From Raillietiella orientalis (taxonomy: Eukaryota): DNA of 64,000 nt. Location of the stretch: positions 1,984,001 to 2,048,000 of the forward strand of contig JAYWIR010000015.1 in NCBI GenBank assembly GCA_036172245.1, read 5' to 3'. The notes under the pieces were generated by a model that ran no database searches, was not told the DNA's origin, and was given only the letters and a program-made list of their open reading frames with translations. Shown piece after piece: positions 27,999-42,900 of this stretch. Position numbers and translations under genes: made by a program. Numbering within the stretch: position 1 is the stretch's first letter; each line of letters begins with the position of its first letter.

Positions 27999-30900
27999 CT
28001 AAGTGTAATCCATCATAGATGTTTTTTTGCGATTTCCCCAGTGTCGTAGCGCATGAACCGGGTTGAGTTTTTTCTTGAGGTGCTCGTGCCGAAAGATATT
28101 GCCACCAGATACACGAGAAGTACATGCCACATCCATAGCATGAGCGAGGTGCTGTTCCTAGGAAAACATATTGAAAACGAATTTCATAAAGCAAACAAAA
28201 CGAAATTTTAGAATTATTGTGCACAAAACTATGAATTCAAGGCCCAGCACCGAGGTAGAAAAATGCTTTGCACTATCACAGACAGAAGGTGCCCCAGAAG
28301 AACGGGAGGACTAACAGATGTGTAGGAACAAAAAGTATCAGGCTTCAAACACATTTGAAAACTACACGATTCTTGAAGGTTCAGTGTGAATCCAGCATCC
28401 ACACGTTAGGTAATTTTTTTTTTTTTTCCAGCAGAAGAAAGAGCGGTCATGTGAATGCAAATGCTGCCACTCCGTTTCACCAGGAATTCACGAGCATTTA
28501 TAATATTTTGCATGTCGCGTCCATTATGAAATTTCATGTATTTGTGTGGCCTCTTATTTACGAATTTATCTCTGAAACGATTTAATGCAGAAAAAAAAAT
28601 AAAAATCAGTTTTATACCAGTGCAGTAAATGTTTCACGTAGCAAATTTATCGAGCACAGCACTTTACTGACAGCTTCTGCCCTTGTCAGAAGGTGGTGTT
28701 CGAGGAACGTTACTGTGGCTGTTGCTATAATTTCAGAAAATGTTTTTATTTGGCATAATTTTTTCCTTTAATGGATTTATCTCATGGATTTATTCGGTTT
28801 ACTTGTAAGTGGTTGCAGCTGAACAATTAAATAAGTGCTCTGTAATTATTAAATAGCATTTGATTATTTCAGCGCAGTGAAGTTACCTATTCCACTCGAA
28901 ATCTGTTCCCATTTTTCTTTCTTTGATTACATTAAGTAAGAACTTTACTTTTTAAAACTTGCCGATTTCTGGAAAAAATCAAGGACAGCATTTCCATGAA
29001 GTTACAAGTTTCACAAATGCTTATGAACTTTCGCGCATTTGAGGCGTCTACTTCAAAAAATTACGTGTATTTCTAAATTATCAGGGATTTTCATTGCAAT
29101 GGCTCCGAGAGGAATTAATAGCTGAATTGATTAATTATCTTTGCAATGGATTAGAAAGAAAAAATGCTTGTTATTTAGATGTGCATGACCGTGTTATGAA
29201 GCTGCGCGTGCCACCGATTTACACGGAAGAAATCGTTCCCCGAGACTGTCAAAGTATCGTTTCCAAAACTTTTATGAAAATTGATGAGAGGAGAGTGAAT
29301 TATGCTGCATCGATTCATCGGTTAGAATTAGCATGTCCGATTCTAAGAACAGCAGGGTCACTCTGAAGACCTCTCGCTGTTGAGGTTCTGCGGTAGCGTA
29401 AGTGTGTCATTTCTTTGCAGATAATGACAACTGAGTTTGCGCTCATCATTTTCTGCAATTTCTGTTGACCAAAGTGAGGTGAATTCTTCGATTGGAGTAA
29501 ATACACATGACATAATAAGGAAGGAAGGTCAGCTAATTCGTGCTTTTAGGTCTAAGACAGTGTGCATTTTCTGGAAATCAACCGAAACTTATCTACTGGA
29601 ATAAATCAAGGTCATCTGATTTATAAGGCAATTCATTACCGAAATCCACCATTTGTTCTTGAAAAACAATCATGAATGAAAACCTGAAAATGTAATATTT
29701 GTTAGTGATTAGTGAACGAAAACTCGAAAAATGATACTAGGATGCAAATATTAAGAAATCCTGTTTCATCTTCAGTCATACCTGGCTACAGCTGAAGTCA
29801 CGTTCTCTTGCCCTAATATAATTGCCCATTGAGACTAGATTATCTAACGAGTGACAGGGTTCTCCCTTTCCACTGCTGGTTACGTTGACAACATCACAAG
29901 AATCATTTTTACAGCGAGGGCAGCAGTCTCCCTCGAACTGCTTAGGATCATCACACTTCAAGAGAGGGCATGCTTCTTCCCAGCAGTCGATTTGACCTCT
30001 CTGAAAGTTTTACGTGAATGAAGACAAAACAAAGCAAGCTTACTAAGCATTCACACATTTGGCAATCGTAAAACCATTTCTGTCCGTTCATGTAAATAAT
30101 TTCAGGCTGGCTCTGATGTCTGCAGTATGACAAGTTATCACACTGTGGACAACAACTGAGATCTACATAAGGACTGAAACAATCACATGGAAACGCCGAG
30201 CAACTTGTCACACCCGCGTGACACTGGCACAGAGTACACGGTTCCTTGATCCACTGATGACCATGTGGATGATGCGTGTTCTCATGCACACAATCTGCAA
30301 AGTAGTGAACATCATGTGGACCAGAAGCTGACTTGACTCACGGCGAATGCATTCATCTGAAGTGCTTTCCGCGCATTGGCACACGTAACTGCCTACGGTG
30401 TTTTGACAGTGACTGGATGACGGACACGTATCGAGACCTATTGCACATTCGTCAATATCTAAAATGGCAAAAAATTATGTGTTTGAACCTTGATCTATTT
30501 TACCTTTACAAAATGGCTTTCCGTTTGCATCTTTGGCAATCTGATATCCTGTGTTACATTCACAGGAATACCATCCGGGCATGTTCACACATATCGAGTT
30601 GGAGGAACAATTCGTTTGAGCCTCCGTGCACTCATCCACATCAAATTCGCAGCTGTTTCCGAAAAATCCCTTTCTGCAAGAACACTTTCCTGGCAAAATA
30701 CATATCCCACCGTTCAGGCAACCATCTCCACATATGGCTACATTCACGTTCTTCGAAAGCGTTCATTTTCAATCGCATGCTTACGTTCACAGGTGACACC
30801 ATCCCCTGAATACCCAGGCAAACACACACAACTGCCGTCTTTAGTTTTCAAAGCATGTTGGTTGCATTGCAAAGCTAGAGCTTTGGGAATGCAAGTATAG

Positions 30901-33900
30901 TCGTCCATCTGTTGAAAACTAGGATCACAATGACACACATAGCTGCCAATATTGTTTATACATGTGCTATGTTCCGGACAGTAGTGTCCACTTAGACCTC
31001 CCTCTTCTAGGCATTCATTAATATCTAGTTCATCGGTAGATTCAGTATGGTCAGTTGATACCTGAAATACCTGTGCAATGGGTTCCATTTCCCGAAAAGC
31101 CGTAGTCGCAATGGCAGGTGTAGTTGTGCTGAAGATTGTGGCAAGTCGCATGAGGATGACAGTCATGACCCTTGGAACAGAAATCGATACCTTGAACGAC
31201 AAATGGATGTGATGGTTACCTTGGAACTATGTATTAAAATTCAAGCTGGAAAGAAATGCATACTTGATGTAACGGAAATTCGCAAGTATCTCTCTGAATG
31301 TGTCTTCTGTTGTTTGCTTTGAAACGAAAGATGTGTGTACTGTAAAGCTATTTTTTCGAGTATCAGTTTCATCTGAGGAATCGTAAAGTCCTTTTTTTTT
31401 TTGTACGTACGGATCAGCCGAGTTCATATTTCGCGACCATTCCACGGATAAAATACAATTAGACGCTGTCATTAAGAAAAGCACCTTGAGAAGGTTCTTC
31501 TAGATAAAATTAATCGCATGTCTTGATAATAGAATATCAAGCGTTGGCATCCGCAGTATTGGGCCATCACAATAGCAAAGGAATTTCTATTTGTTTTTAT
31601 CAGAAATACGGAGAAAACCCACGGAAGAAGTGCACTCGGATTCTGAATTCGGTTTGTGGATGTCTAAGGCGGGAATTTCCCTCGGAAATCTCAAATCTGC
31701 ACGATGAATTCCTCTTAGGTTAAATCTGATCTGACACTTAAAGAGCAAGCTGAGAGCGGAATAAGGCCAACCAAGCTGGACGCACACATGGGCACTTTTC
31801 AAACCCAAAGGGAGGAGAATTTCAAGGTTCCGTGACCATCCCTGTCAGCCACGAGAAAAGAGGTTCAAGACATCAGGATGCACCAAACCTGAGAAACGAA
31901 CTCTTCGCGTTACCGAGCTTTATTGAGGAAAGAAATCATCACAGCGCCTTGTGAATGGGAAATGAATTAAGGCATTGCCTAATAACTTCACATTCTCATT
32001 GACTTAATCATTCTGGGGATGCAAATCCCTGGGTGCACAGCATCAGTGGACTCGTCTGGCTTCACGATCTAGACTCTTTTCTTTACATGTTTCCTGCGTT
32101 TTACTTTTGGACACTTTGCCAAGGGGAATCGAAAGAAAATAATCAAGGGTAATTAAAAGGATAACAGCTGTTTCGATTCTGATCATCAAATTCTTAGAAT
32201 AACGCATCCCACAAGGCACATGCACTGAGGGAAAAAATCTCTTCTACACAAAGTCCATCCCTGCAATACAAAGCGGACACCACTGTTTAAAAAAAAAAAA
32301 TAGCGGACGGGTTCAATCGTACACTATGCCTACTGGTTGTGTCGTATTTCTCCGAAAATAAGGCGGAACCCAATCGAAACCTCTCACCGTCACGCTTCCA
32401 GCCAGAGGCAAGATTTCCTGAATCTCGAGGTTCCACGAAAGAAACTGGATACAGGAAATGTGGTGATCTGATTAAGAAATCCGCGCCATAATCCATGCAG
32501 CTAAGGTGTTTGGCGAACCCATTCGAGTTCTCTTTCACTTTTCATTGAAAAAAAACTGACTGTCGATGCGATCGTATCCTTTCCATCCCAAAATAGGTCG
32601 CTGTTATTTCTCACACCATTTAATTTTGGAAGTTCATCTGATTCAGTATGGACCCAATCACAGGTAGAATCATGTATCCGAAATACTTAATCACATATTC
32701 ACACTCTGGTCCAGTCTTTCCTTTCTCAGGAAAAAACAACAGAGCACATCACATCAGTGATCCCAATTTTTGCACATTATTTACACCCACCATCCGTGTT
32801 TTGCCCTTCTTTCGTTTTCGATGCTGTTTTCATGGCCCACCGAGGTGGAAAAGGAGACCAACTTTGCTGCTTCTCTGGGTGAGATTTAGGACGGATTCTG
32901 CGCGTCCCGGAACATCATCCCTAAGCAGGACCTCACTTGAAAATTCGGACATTTGGCAGCTCACGTCAGCGTCGAAAGTTTCGAGGGCAGCTGCCTAATA
33001 CAAGGGCTATCGGTTTACTTCTTTCGACCCGACTTGCGAGTTGCACGCGCAGAGCTAGATCGGGCCGAACCTACCCCATCCAACCTTAGGGATGCGAAAC
33101 CCACCTCCTTCCCCTCTTCCTCGAAAACACAGGCATTTTCTTTTTTTGCCATGGCGAACGCGGCAGCGGTGGCTCCCGGGTGGTCAAGGTGTCCGTTGCA
33201 ACAAGGCCGGGTGCTCATCTTACCATGCTGCTGCTGCGTGCTGCAGCATTCGAATCCTGCTGCCGCTTTTGGAACCACGGAATTCCTGCCTCTGCCGAAT
33301 TACTCCCTACTTCAGAGGTTTCCTTTTCGATTGAATCCTCCTCTGCGGAATGGATCCTGTTTTCAATGCACTTTTCGCGTTTTCCCATCGCCTCTCGAGT
33401 ACCGCATTTCGAAAAGTTGCGCAACACAAAATTCTCTCCGGCTGAAATGATTCTCGAGTGTTGCACTAATTAAGTTGCTAGGAATGCTCAATCTCCGGAT
33501 TGATAATGGATATCAGATCCTGGCCATTAATCTTACAGCTCTTGATCTTTCAGCAAGCAGCAGCCAGCTAGAACTCTCGAGCAAGCAAGCCGAGTTTTCC
33601 TCTCCGTTTTTAGCGTACCAAGCAGCTGCCTAGGTGGAGCGGATCGGAGACCACCAAATGGATTCTCTCGTCGCCAATTTTTTCCTCCTTCTCCACAGAG
33701 AATCCTGGAGGCAGTCGTGATTCGAGATTTCGCCATTTTCCGTGCGTGTTTGTGGTTGTCGTCTTTTTCCGGGAACACCTCTTGCTCAAGATGCTCACGT
33801 GGGAATGCATTTTTGCGCAAGGCAGAAATTAGATTGTTTCCGTGGAACACAGTACACTTAATAGGGCGATAAGGGGCAGATGCGCCGTCCTATTCTCTCC

Positions 33901-36900
33901 TTTGTTCCCGTGTCGGTCCTGCATCCTGTATGCAGATGGGTAAATTAGCTGGATTTCTGATGGCTGCGAACCACCGCGCGTTTCGAAACGATTTCTGGTC
34001 GTTGTCTTCCTGCTCGTCGTGGCAAACAAAAAAGTTCTCTTGCTATGGTAAAAGCACAGAATAACCGAAAGTGTGGAAGGTTTTTTTTTTTTTTTCTTTC
34101 CCGCAAGGGGGAAAAGCTCGCGATCCTTCCTCAGAAGAGTTGGGTTTTCGATTCCAATAACAGGAAGATCCGGAAGGTACATTCGCGGAGGAACTTTCGT
34201 CTAATTTTATTCCGCGAGAAGGACTTTCTTTTTCGAAGGTTCGCGCCCCACACCCTAACCGCGGTCGACCCGGAGGACTTTCCCGGCATGTGGACTGCAC
34301 CAAAGTTTTTGACGATAGAAAGTCTCTTTCAGCCCGGCGGCGTGCGACTACGGGGCACCTTGAAAGTACCGCAGGTCAGGTGCAGACTAGCAAAAGCGTG
34401 GCTTTGGTCAAATATCGAAGAAGTTTCAACACATCCCGATCTGCTGCGATCAAAGGTGGAAGACGAAAACTCAACAAGGACAACGCTTATCTGGAATGAA
34501 GATATACTCTACAAGGACGCATACTTTGTTTCAAACAGAAAAGTATCAAGATGCCTTGCGCTGACGAGCTCTGGGGTGAATGTCATGTGGGGACCTGAAC
34601 ACGGCGAAGAAAAAGGGAAACGTGCGGCGGCTTTCATCACACACCGACGTATGTGAAATTGCAAGGTTCATTTAATACTCGTTGCTACTAATCTCCTGTT
34701 TCCACACTTCGCTTTGTTTTTCCCCCGGGCTCGGCCCACCGGCTGGAAGCTTTCAAACTGTTTGTTTACCTGGACAGAACATGCAGCATTCTCCTGGTAT
34801 TTTGAACTGCACTTCCGAAGGACAGTCCAGTTTAGGACAAGAAGCCATTTCGATTTTCGAGCACTTCAGTGTACCGTCCATGCACTTGCAGTGGATACAG
34901 GAATCTGTCCTGATTTCTTCTCCGTGGTCATAGTAGATACCCTGCATACGGCACCTTTCTGTAAAAGAACACCTTCAATACGAAACAACCGTCATGAGCA
35001 TTCTTTCATTGGAACATCTGTCTGCTGTTAGGGACACGAAGAGGTGGGTGAAATTCCTCGCGACTTGGGATCTTTCACAGCAGTCTCCCCGACAGAGCGC
35101 AGACTTCCCCGAACGTACATTTGAATCATCTTTGCGAACAGGAGTGGACCCGAGAATTTCTCAGTACTGAACCTGTCGAGCTGTTCTGGTATGGGATGGG
35201 GGCCGGCACGTTAGTAACACTTGAAGTAGGGAGGACTGCGACCTGCAGAGGGCGAAGAGAGAACACTTGCCGACACGCAAGCCCTCTTTCTTCGCCAAGC
35301 AGCAACGACAACTACGAGCGTCGCGAAACGGGTTGCTGGCAGGAGCGGTTGGGAGCTTGCGGGATTTCCGACGCATAGCAGGGACGTTTGTTTGGTGGAT
35401 TGCCCGAAGAGTGGAGGTCTCGCGGCAAGGGTTGAAAGAGGGAACGTGCAGCCGAATGAGGTCCAAGCACCACTCTTCCTTAGCAAAAGAAAGGCCCGAC
35501 AGCTGCCCCGCAGGCAGGCTGTGGGTTCGAAAGCAGCGGATTTTCCAGGAAAGTGGGCTTGCACCCACTTCCATGCGCGCTTCCCAGCAAAGTCTCAATA
35601 TAAAATCTGATTATCTGATACCATGTTCATCTACATACTCAAACATGAAGGGCAGCAGTCGCCAGGAAGTTTCACGGGGAACTTGCATCTGCTGTTCGGA
35701 CATTTTCTGGGTTTGCAAGTAACGATTCCTTTCTGAAACGGAGAAGAGAAAAAAAAATGGTACAGAAAACATGTAGGATGATCGTGTAGGATGTGCAGAT
35801 TTTCAAAAATGGTGCGGACGGAAAAAGTGCGCGCGCGGTTTGCTGCCGCGCGCTTAATCCTCGCCCGCCCCTCTTGGGAAAGATGCGCACGCGCTCTTGC
35901 ACGCATCTTCGGTGGAAGCAACGCACGTGACCATTTGAACCACACTGCGACCGGATGGAAGAAGGCTGGCTCTCCTTCTTGTTATGTCCCACCCGGCTGT
36001 TGTACACGTGTACAGGAGTTTCCCAGAACGTTTCGTTCGGCGATGGAGGTACGGAAATTTTAAAAGTTTGGACTTTCAAATGAAAACAGTTTTTGCGACT
36101 TGGTTTCAAATGAAAAACCATGTCGTGATCTGGCGGCTCGGCAAGAGCCATCACAAAAAAAAAAAAAAAAAGGTGGTTGATTCTGAAGTTTGCATCTGTC
36201 ACCGTCAATAGCGTTTCGTCGGATCCCGATAACAAGAAACTGACCAGCAAGAAGTCTTCAGCCAGACTTTCCGATCTTAAGTCCCGAAGTTTGAAAACCA
36301 CTCAACCCCTCCTCCTCCTGTGCAGGAAGAAATCGTGGTGTTTGTTTCGAACCTTGAACTAAATTCTTACGGTCGTTCCACCCCTGCGCCCACCCATAAT
36401 CGCCTCAGATAGATCCACACCTGCGCGCCCGGGATAGGCGCTGGCTCTTAAAGAAGAAGCGTGAAGTTGTCAGGAAAAGCAGAAGAAAACTTTCAAGTGC
36501 ACTTTCCCACCAGCCAAAAGGATCCGAAATTTTTCCCGGTTGCTCTCGAATCTTTTCTGCTGGAGACCGTCTACCATCACAGCAACACTTTCGAATGCGC
36601 GTTCGTAGAACAGGCTGCGATGGCTCTGTGTTGACCTCCTGCCAAACATTCTTGCAGGCAACTTAGGACAGAGAGGGGGCCAGAGGTGAGGGACGCACCC
36701 CTTGGCAGGCGCAAAACGGAGAAAGCAAAGAGAGTCTCAGTCGGAATGCGGAGTGACCGAAAGGGTAGCGATTTCTCCACAGAAGTGAAATGCTAAAGTC
36801 CCCCATTTCTTGACAACAGGTAGAGAAAGTTCAGTAAGGAAAGTATCTTTAGGATTCTGGAAGAATTCCTCTTACTCTTGGAGATTTCTCTGGCTCTTGC

Positions 36901-39900
36901 CAGTACATCGAAAGGGCGAAAACTAGGAACCATGTCTTATAAAATCAAAACAGAAGGGAGGATACATTTTTCGTGTCTTTTCGTGCTTTACAGCAAACAG
37001 GGATGTGGCAATGGTAGGGAGGAACATTATTCATCTCGAGATTATGCCGGATGTGATGAATTCTGTTCACTTATCAAGAAAACTGTTCTGTGACCAGCTG
37101 CTGGAGCAAAATAGGGATCGAATATTCTTGAAACACCTACGGCTCAATAAATCAGAGAAAGGAAAAAAAAAAAAATGTTTCACCAGAGAGCTGGGAAGAA
37201 ATAGCTTCGCTCCTCTAACACAACTCGTAATATCAGACGAGCAAGCACCCTTGGAGCCGTGGAATTTATTTACTCTCGTGATCCCCACCTGCCCTGGAGT
37301 ATGAGAACAAATAGACACGCCACTGCCAGAAAGCAGTTAGCAATACAGACTGCGCGCGGACTTGGGGAAGCAGCGATCCTCGACAGATTGGGGTTTAAAC
37401 GACTAAACTTTCAGCACCCCGTTTAGCGGAACGCCAGCAGCGAGCAAGCAGGTGGCACCTTTAAGGGTGCTCTTGCATCCGACAACCAGTTAAGAGTGTT
37501 CTCACTTTGTGGAACATTGCTCTCGATCGAGAGACGGTCTAGGCGCAGCTGTGCCACAGAGATACCACTCGAAGGCCACATAATATGAGCAACCAGTTTT
37601 GCATCTCGAATATTCCCTCTACCGAGCGTGCTGAGGCAATTCAAGCAAGATGTAGGATGGTGAAGGAAGGCAGGCATTCGCGCGATCCTTTCGAGAACAA
37701 ACCAGCATGTGCATCTGTGCATCAGTTTGTTTGACATGGGAGGTCTTCCGACTCCGGGCCCAAACTGCGGTCGAGGAATCTGACGTTCTGTGGAAAAGAA
37801 GAATAAAATGAAAGATCTATAGTCTCTTTTCTTCCCGCTATCCTAGCTGGGACGATTCTCGCACTAGAAGTTTAGGAGCACCTCCTATTTTTCCTTGAGC
37901 TTCAAAGGAGCCACTAAGCTCTTTCATCTCGAATCCTAGGAGCTACGTCAAATGGGAAAGACTTTCTTCCCTTCCCCTACATGGAGCAGCTTTTACGAAA
38001 CTATGCTTGGAATCCTGAAACTTGCGGGTCAGGTAATCTCGATCACGAAGAACGGCGGAAGCGGGGATGCAGATCAGACCCGATCATATTCCCCAAAATG
38101 CACTAGTAGGCGGGGAATGGAGATCATGGAGGAAACTACTGCAGAAGTGACCCCAGTAAACCACTCGATGCCATCGTTCTGCAGTTTGAGGAACTGCCAA
38201 CCTGAAGATGCCTGCCGCTCTTCTGAAAGAGAAACGCTGTCCCTCAAAGAGATTGTGGAAACCATCAGTCCCATGAGCTTGCCTAGCACGGTCCTGCTTC
38301 CAGAAAACTGACGAGCGAGGGATGGAATTCCTTGCCACTTCTTTCGACCACCCACGTCATTAGGGGGAAATAGGACAGAAGCAACGCCTCGTTTTCTGAT
38401 GCGGAAAAGGAAGGAAGGAATCCAGAGCTTCCAGCTGCTTCCAAAATTGCAGCCGGTTGCTGTTCCGAAACATCCGCGTGCGGTTTCCCGAAGAGCCGTT
38501 CAGTCTGCCTCTCTGTTAGAAAATAACCTCTGGTACTCTTTCGCCCGGTTCCACCCTTTTGCTAGAATGATCTATGCACGGATTCGTGGGGGCGAGCGCG
38601 ATGCCCTCCATCAGAAAAAAAAAAAAAAGTCACAGTTTCCCGAGAACAAATCCCTTCTTTCTGAATGGAGGCTAGTCGCTGTTGCTAGAGCATGGGAGCG
38701 GGAGCTCCTGGAAGCTGGGAAAGTTCCTGGTCCCTTGAACCCCAAGAGCTTTCCCAAGGTAAGAGCTGCTTCAAAGAGTTTGCTTCAAAGAGAGCGCAGA
38801 ACGGCTCATATACGTAATTTTAAAGATCGCCCGTCGCAGCAAAGAGTCCCCTACGATGACCCTTTCCTTCCTAGCAAGAAGGATTCATGGCCTTAATCCA
38901 CGGTGGCACTCGCACAAGACTTCTTCGCAGACTTAAGGACGAGACTGGAATGAGAATTCCAGGGAGCAACTTTTACAAGAATTCGAAAGTCACCAGCTGT
39001 TTTGAGAATTGAGTACAAGAGGAATCAGCGGAACGGACAGGCGTTTAACAGAGGAAAGATGTTTTCAGAGATCTCCGGTCTCACTTATGTGCAGCTTCCA
39101 TTGTAGATGATAAGTCTCCAGAGATCTCACTTTTCAAGAGCTGAAAACGGTCAACAGATGGTGATGAATTCTATGCTTGCAAGGAACCTCTCTGACCAAG
39201 GTTTTTTTTTTCTAGCATGAGGGAGGGGTGTAGGCTGGGGGTGTGGACTATCAGGTAAAATCCCCTCCGCCCTTTTTTTCACAGGTGAAATTACAGCATA
39301 CACGATAAAGCTGAAAGGCAAGCATTCAGCCTCTTCGCTTCCTACAAGGAATTGACGTGGAGTAAAGATAGCGCCATCCACTCGTGCGAAACGCCAAAAC
39401 TTGAAAACGCGTGCCCATGGGTTCGTTTTTGGCGAAAGAAAAGGAAAAAAAAAAAAGAGGCTCCAGATCCGGGCTATTGAAGTCTGGTTCTCTCCAAGAT
39501 GGATTGCTACTTTGAGCGTCGTGAGCGTCGCACTCGCGAAAGGTCGAGTTCGAGACGATTCAGTCATCTGCTTTTCATCCGAAACCAACGTTGCGACTTG
39601 GGCCTCGGAGTTGGCTTCTTTTCGCCTCTTTGTCAAATGCTCGATCGTCTAGAAATAGTGAGGCTTTGGGGCTGAGACTTGCTCTTCGGCTGGGGAACCC
39701 GAATCGGGAGCATCTTTGACCATGAACCGTAGGCTTGTCTTTCTCAAGCCATTATCTCCATCCAGCCAAACGTCTGCGTCACTGACAATGCAAAGATGGC
39801 ATGGCCTTCTCATGTCATGAGCTGTTCCTTGAAGGAACCAATTTGATCATCTGTTTGGAGCCCTCAAGAATCTCTCCCGTGTATCCGAGATGGGTCGCTT

Positions 39901-42900
39901 GCATACGAGAAAGCTGGATAACTTATCGGACTCGAACTTTAAAAAAAAATTTTGCATTTTTCTCTGCGCATTCACCATTAGTTTCTCTCTCTCTTTTTTT
40001 TTCTTCTGTGGACCCTACACCCGCGTGAAAGAATTGCATCTGCAAATCTTTCACCACCAAGCAGTCAGAAGTCTTGAACAATTTGTGACGGTGGCACAAA
40101 TGAAAACGGCTCAGGGAAATCACGACGTGGTTAACGAACGTTCAAAGAAAACGAAAAGAATAGTAGATTGAAATTTGGAGGCTACTGGATTCAATGACAC
40201 TTGTACGGAACAGCCCCTCTTCGAAGTCACTTGGTGGTTCTCTTGAGATTGTCACGTTGCAAAACTTAGCCAACGAAAGAATCCAGCGGGCAATCATACG
40301 CATTTCCGGTTAAAGATCGAAAAGAAAGAAGCAACGTGTTTACGTGTGTTGGGGGATAAATGATCTCCACTTTAAATAATATCCTTATGGCAACCGATGC
40401 GAGGATCATCCTTAAGATTTCCATGATTTTCTGTTTATTAAAGATCCGTGTTCTGTTGACTTATTGACTCATACTGCCTAGGGCTTCATTCTCATCGATG
40501 GTCCTTTCACGTATCGCTGTTGGAAAATCTTCCAAACTCGTGCTTTAAGATCCATTCGCTCGTGTCTTGTACTGTTTGTCTTACAAATAACAGAGTTCAT
40601 GGTGAAACGCAGAACAAAGTGTTTGAGCATCATCCGGGCATCTAAGAAAATGTGAGGTTTGGCCTCTGAAATATGCATTTGCATGCTTGGGAAAGGATTA
40701 TTGATGAGAATGGTTCCATCTCCAATCAGAGCTTTCACTCCTTTCTCATTTTTTATTTCTGATCTCATCTTGTCATGATGTCAGAGCTCATGTTTTCACG
40801 GAAAGGTTCCTTTCCACTCTTGAGGCAGAAAGATGCATTCGGATCTCAGTGAAGAGGGGCCTAATTTTACCGTGATCATATCCGATTTCTCGATTGAGAA
40901 AGAAATTTCAAACAGGGACATTCCAGGATTAGTAGACGCATCCTCTTGCATCTCGCGTATGGAACAGGTAACTTTTACAACCCTCTGATTTACGTTTGAG
41001 CATGTGAAACTGAAAACACACATCGCATGCAGACCTACTCAATGAGCAAGCAATGCCGAATCTGCTCCTTAGAAATGTCTGTAATTTCGGAATGTGCCTC
41101 GTTTCTGGAGGAGACCGTCGGTAGAAATCCCAGCGTCGCCTATTTGCCCTGCTTGGTAACCTTCTTCCGACTGTGCAGTTGGCTCGTGTGCTAAACCGTC
41201 TGGCGAGGTAAGAAAACGAGGAATGCATATGGAAAACGGGGTATCTCCTCGCTTCGCATGTTTGCACACTCTGCAAGTCGAGCTTTGTGTGATCTGGATC
41301 TTTGCTAACCACTTCGGTGTCTCTCCCAGTCCTCAACAGGAATCTTGAGCGCTCACCGAACGAGATCTTCCGACAGGAGCTGTAATGTCCTTACTGTTGT
41401 CCGAACCTTGCGATGACTTCTGCATTCCACGGAGCTTCATGAGCATCAAGATGGCTCCTGTCTTCTGCGAGTCAGCCATTCGGTTTTTCTAAATTGAAAG
41501 CATGGATGAAACAGGCCAGTGGCACCCAATGTACCGAGTAACCTAAAGGCATTTGAACAGCAGCGGATGCAGCATCCCATTGCGAATCATGAGGACAGGA
41601 ATGACCATCGAACGAAGCAAAGAGAACCCTTGAATTCCCGAGTGCATTTTCAGACTAGGAATTCACCGGTGCAGCAGCTGACCGCACAAAAGAAGTGAAC
41701 GATCAGCACACATCATGCTGATCAAGAGCGGCTCTGTCCTTTCATCGTAAAAATTTGTGTGAACTGACCAGGATTGACGAATGGACCACTTCCAGATGAG
41801 TAGAAGGAGAACTGATCATTATGGCTTCATGAATAAACATGAACGTGGGCCTTTCTTTTGCCGTCAGTGGTCAAGACGAACTGAGCAGAACAGTTAATCG
41901 GTACATTGGGTCAGTTTCCAGTTTCCCTCAATTCTCCTGGTTTTCAACCAGAAATTTCAGCCGCTTCAACCAATTTTGTCTCAGCGAGTAATTTCACTTG
42001 CTTCTGATGACAAGGTTCAGAAGATCCACTTTTTGCGTGCCGTTTGATCTCAGATTCTCCTGCTCTCGAGATCCTGTTTTTTTTCTTCTCTTCTTGCTCT
42101 TCTCGCCCGCTCTGCCTATTTTTTCCTCGAAACGAACAAGTGATCGTGGAAGATGACTCGAAATCGCGAAGCAGCTTCCTTCTTCTGGCAAGGAGGTGGA
42201 ATTTAAAAAAAAAAAAAAAAAAAGTCGGAAATCAAACAAAACAACAGCTTTCCCTTTGAGAGTAGGGCGAATGGAGAGACACCTCTTTACGTGTCCCTTC
42301 GCTCCATTTGCGCTACGTAGCGTTATGTGTCCGGCAGGGCGACTGGAACGCTTAGAAACCTGCCACCGGGATCAAACGGGGCGAAGACATGAGCGAAGGC
42401 GGAGACATTTCTCCCGAATCCATCGCCACGGAGTGAAAAAACTGAACCACATCATCCACAATGATGGAAGACGAAACCCACTGCTTGTTTACGGACCACC
42501 TCTCAACGCCCACTGTGGTAGTAGACCGTTGCAGGTCGGTTCCTGCAGCTGAGGCAGTGAGTGAGACATTTGATAGCGGTGAGCTCCTTTAGGCTCCGAG
42601 ACTGGCACATCTCGCCACCGGCTTCGATTCCGGGAAGTCGGCGGAGACTGCAGCACACGAAGAAACGAACGAATTGTCAACTGAAGGGAACGAAGCAGTT
42701 TCGACGTCCTTGCCTTTTCGGGCATCACTTCATTCCCGGTGGAGTGTTCAGCACCGGTTCGCGAGCACATCGAGGAAGACACGGCACTGTTCGAAAAGAT
42801 AGCAGGGTGGAAAAGGATACGAACGTTGCAAAAGGAGTAAATTATTCAAGGTCACCGAAAACTCGAGCTTCGCAAACTTATGGAGCAAGCCAGGTAAGCA

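Noticed and set aside
29315..29506. ORF as an alternative NELL terminal exon
   Set aside because: Weaker acceptor and no resemblance to the NELL C-terminus, compared with 28157-27999.
37150..37740. Possible BEL/Pao gag-protease fragment (CLNCLS; ARLIL..RSY)
   Set aside because: Motifs are too short and the catalytic DSG is absent.
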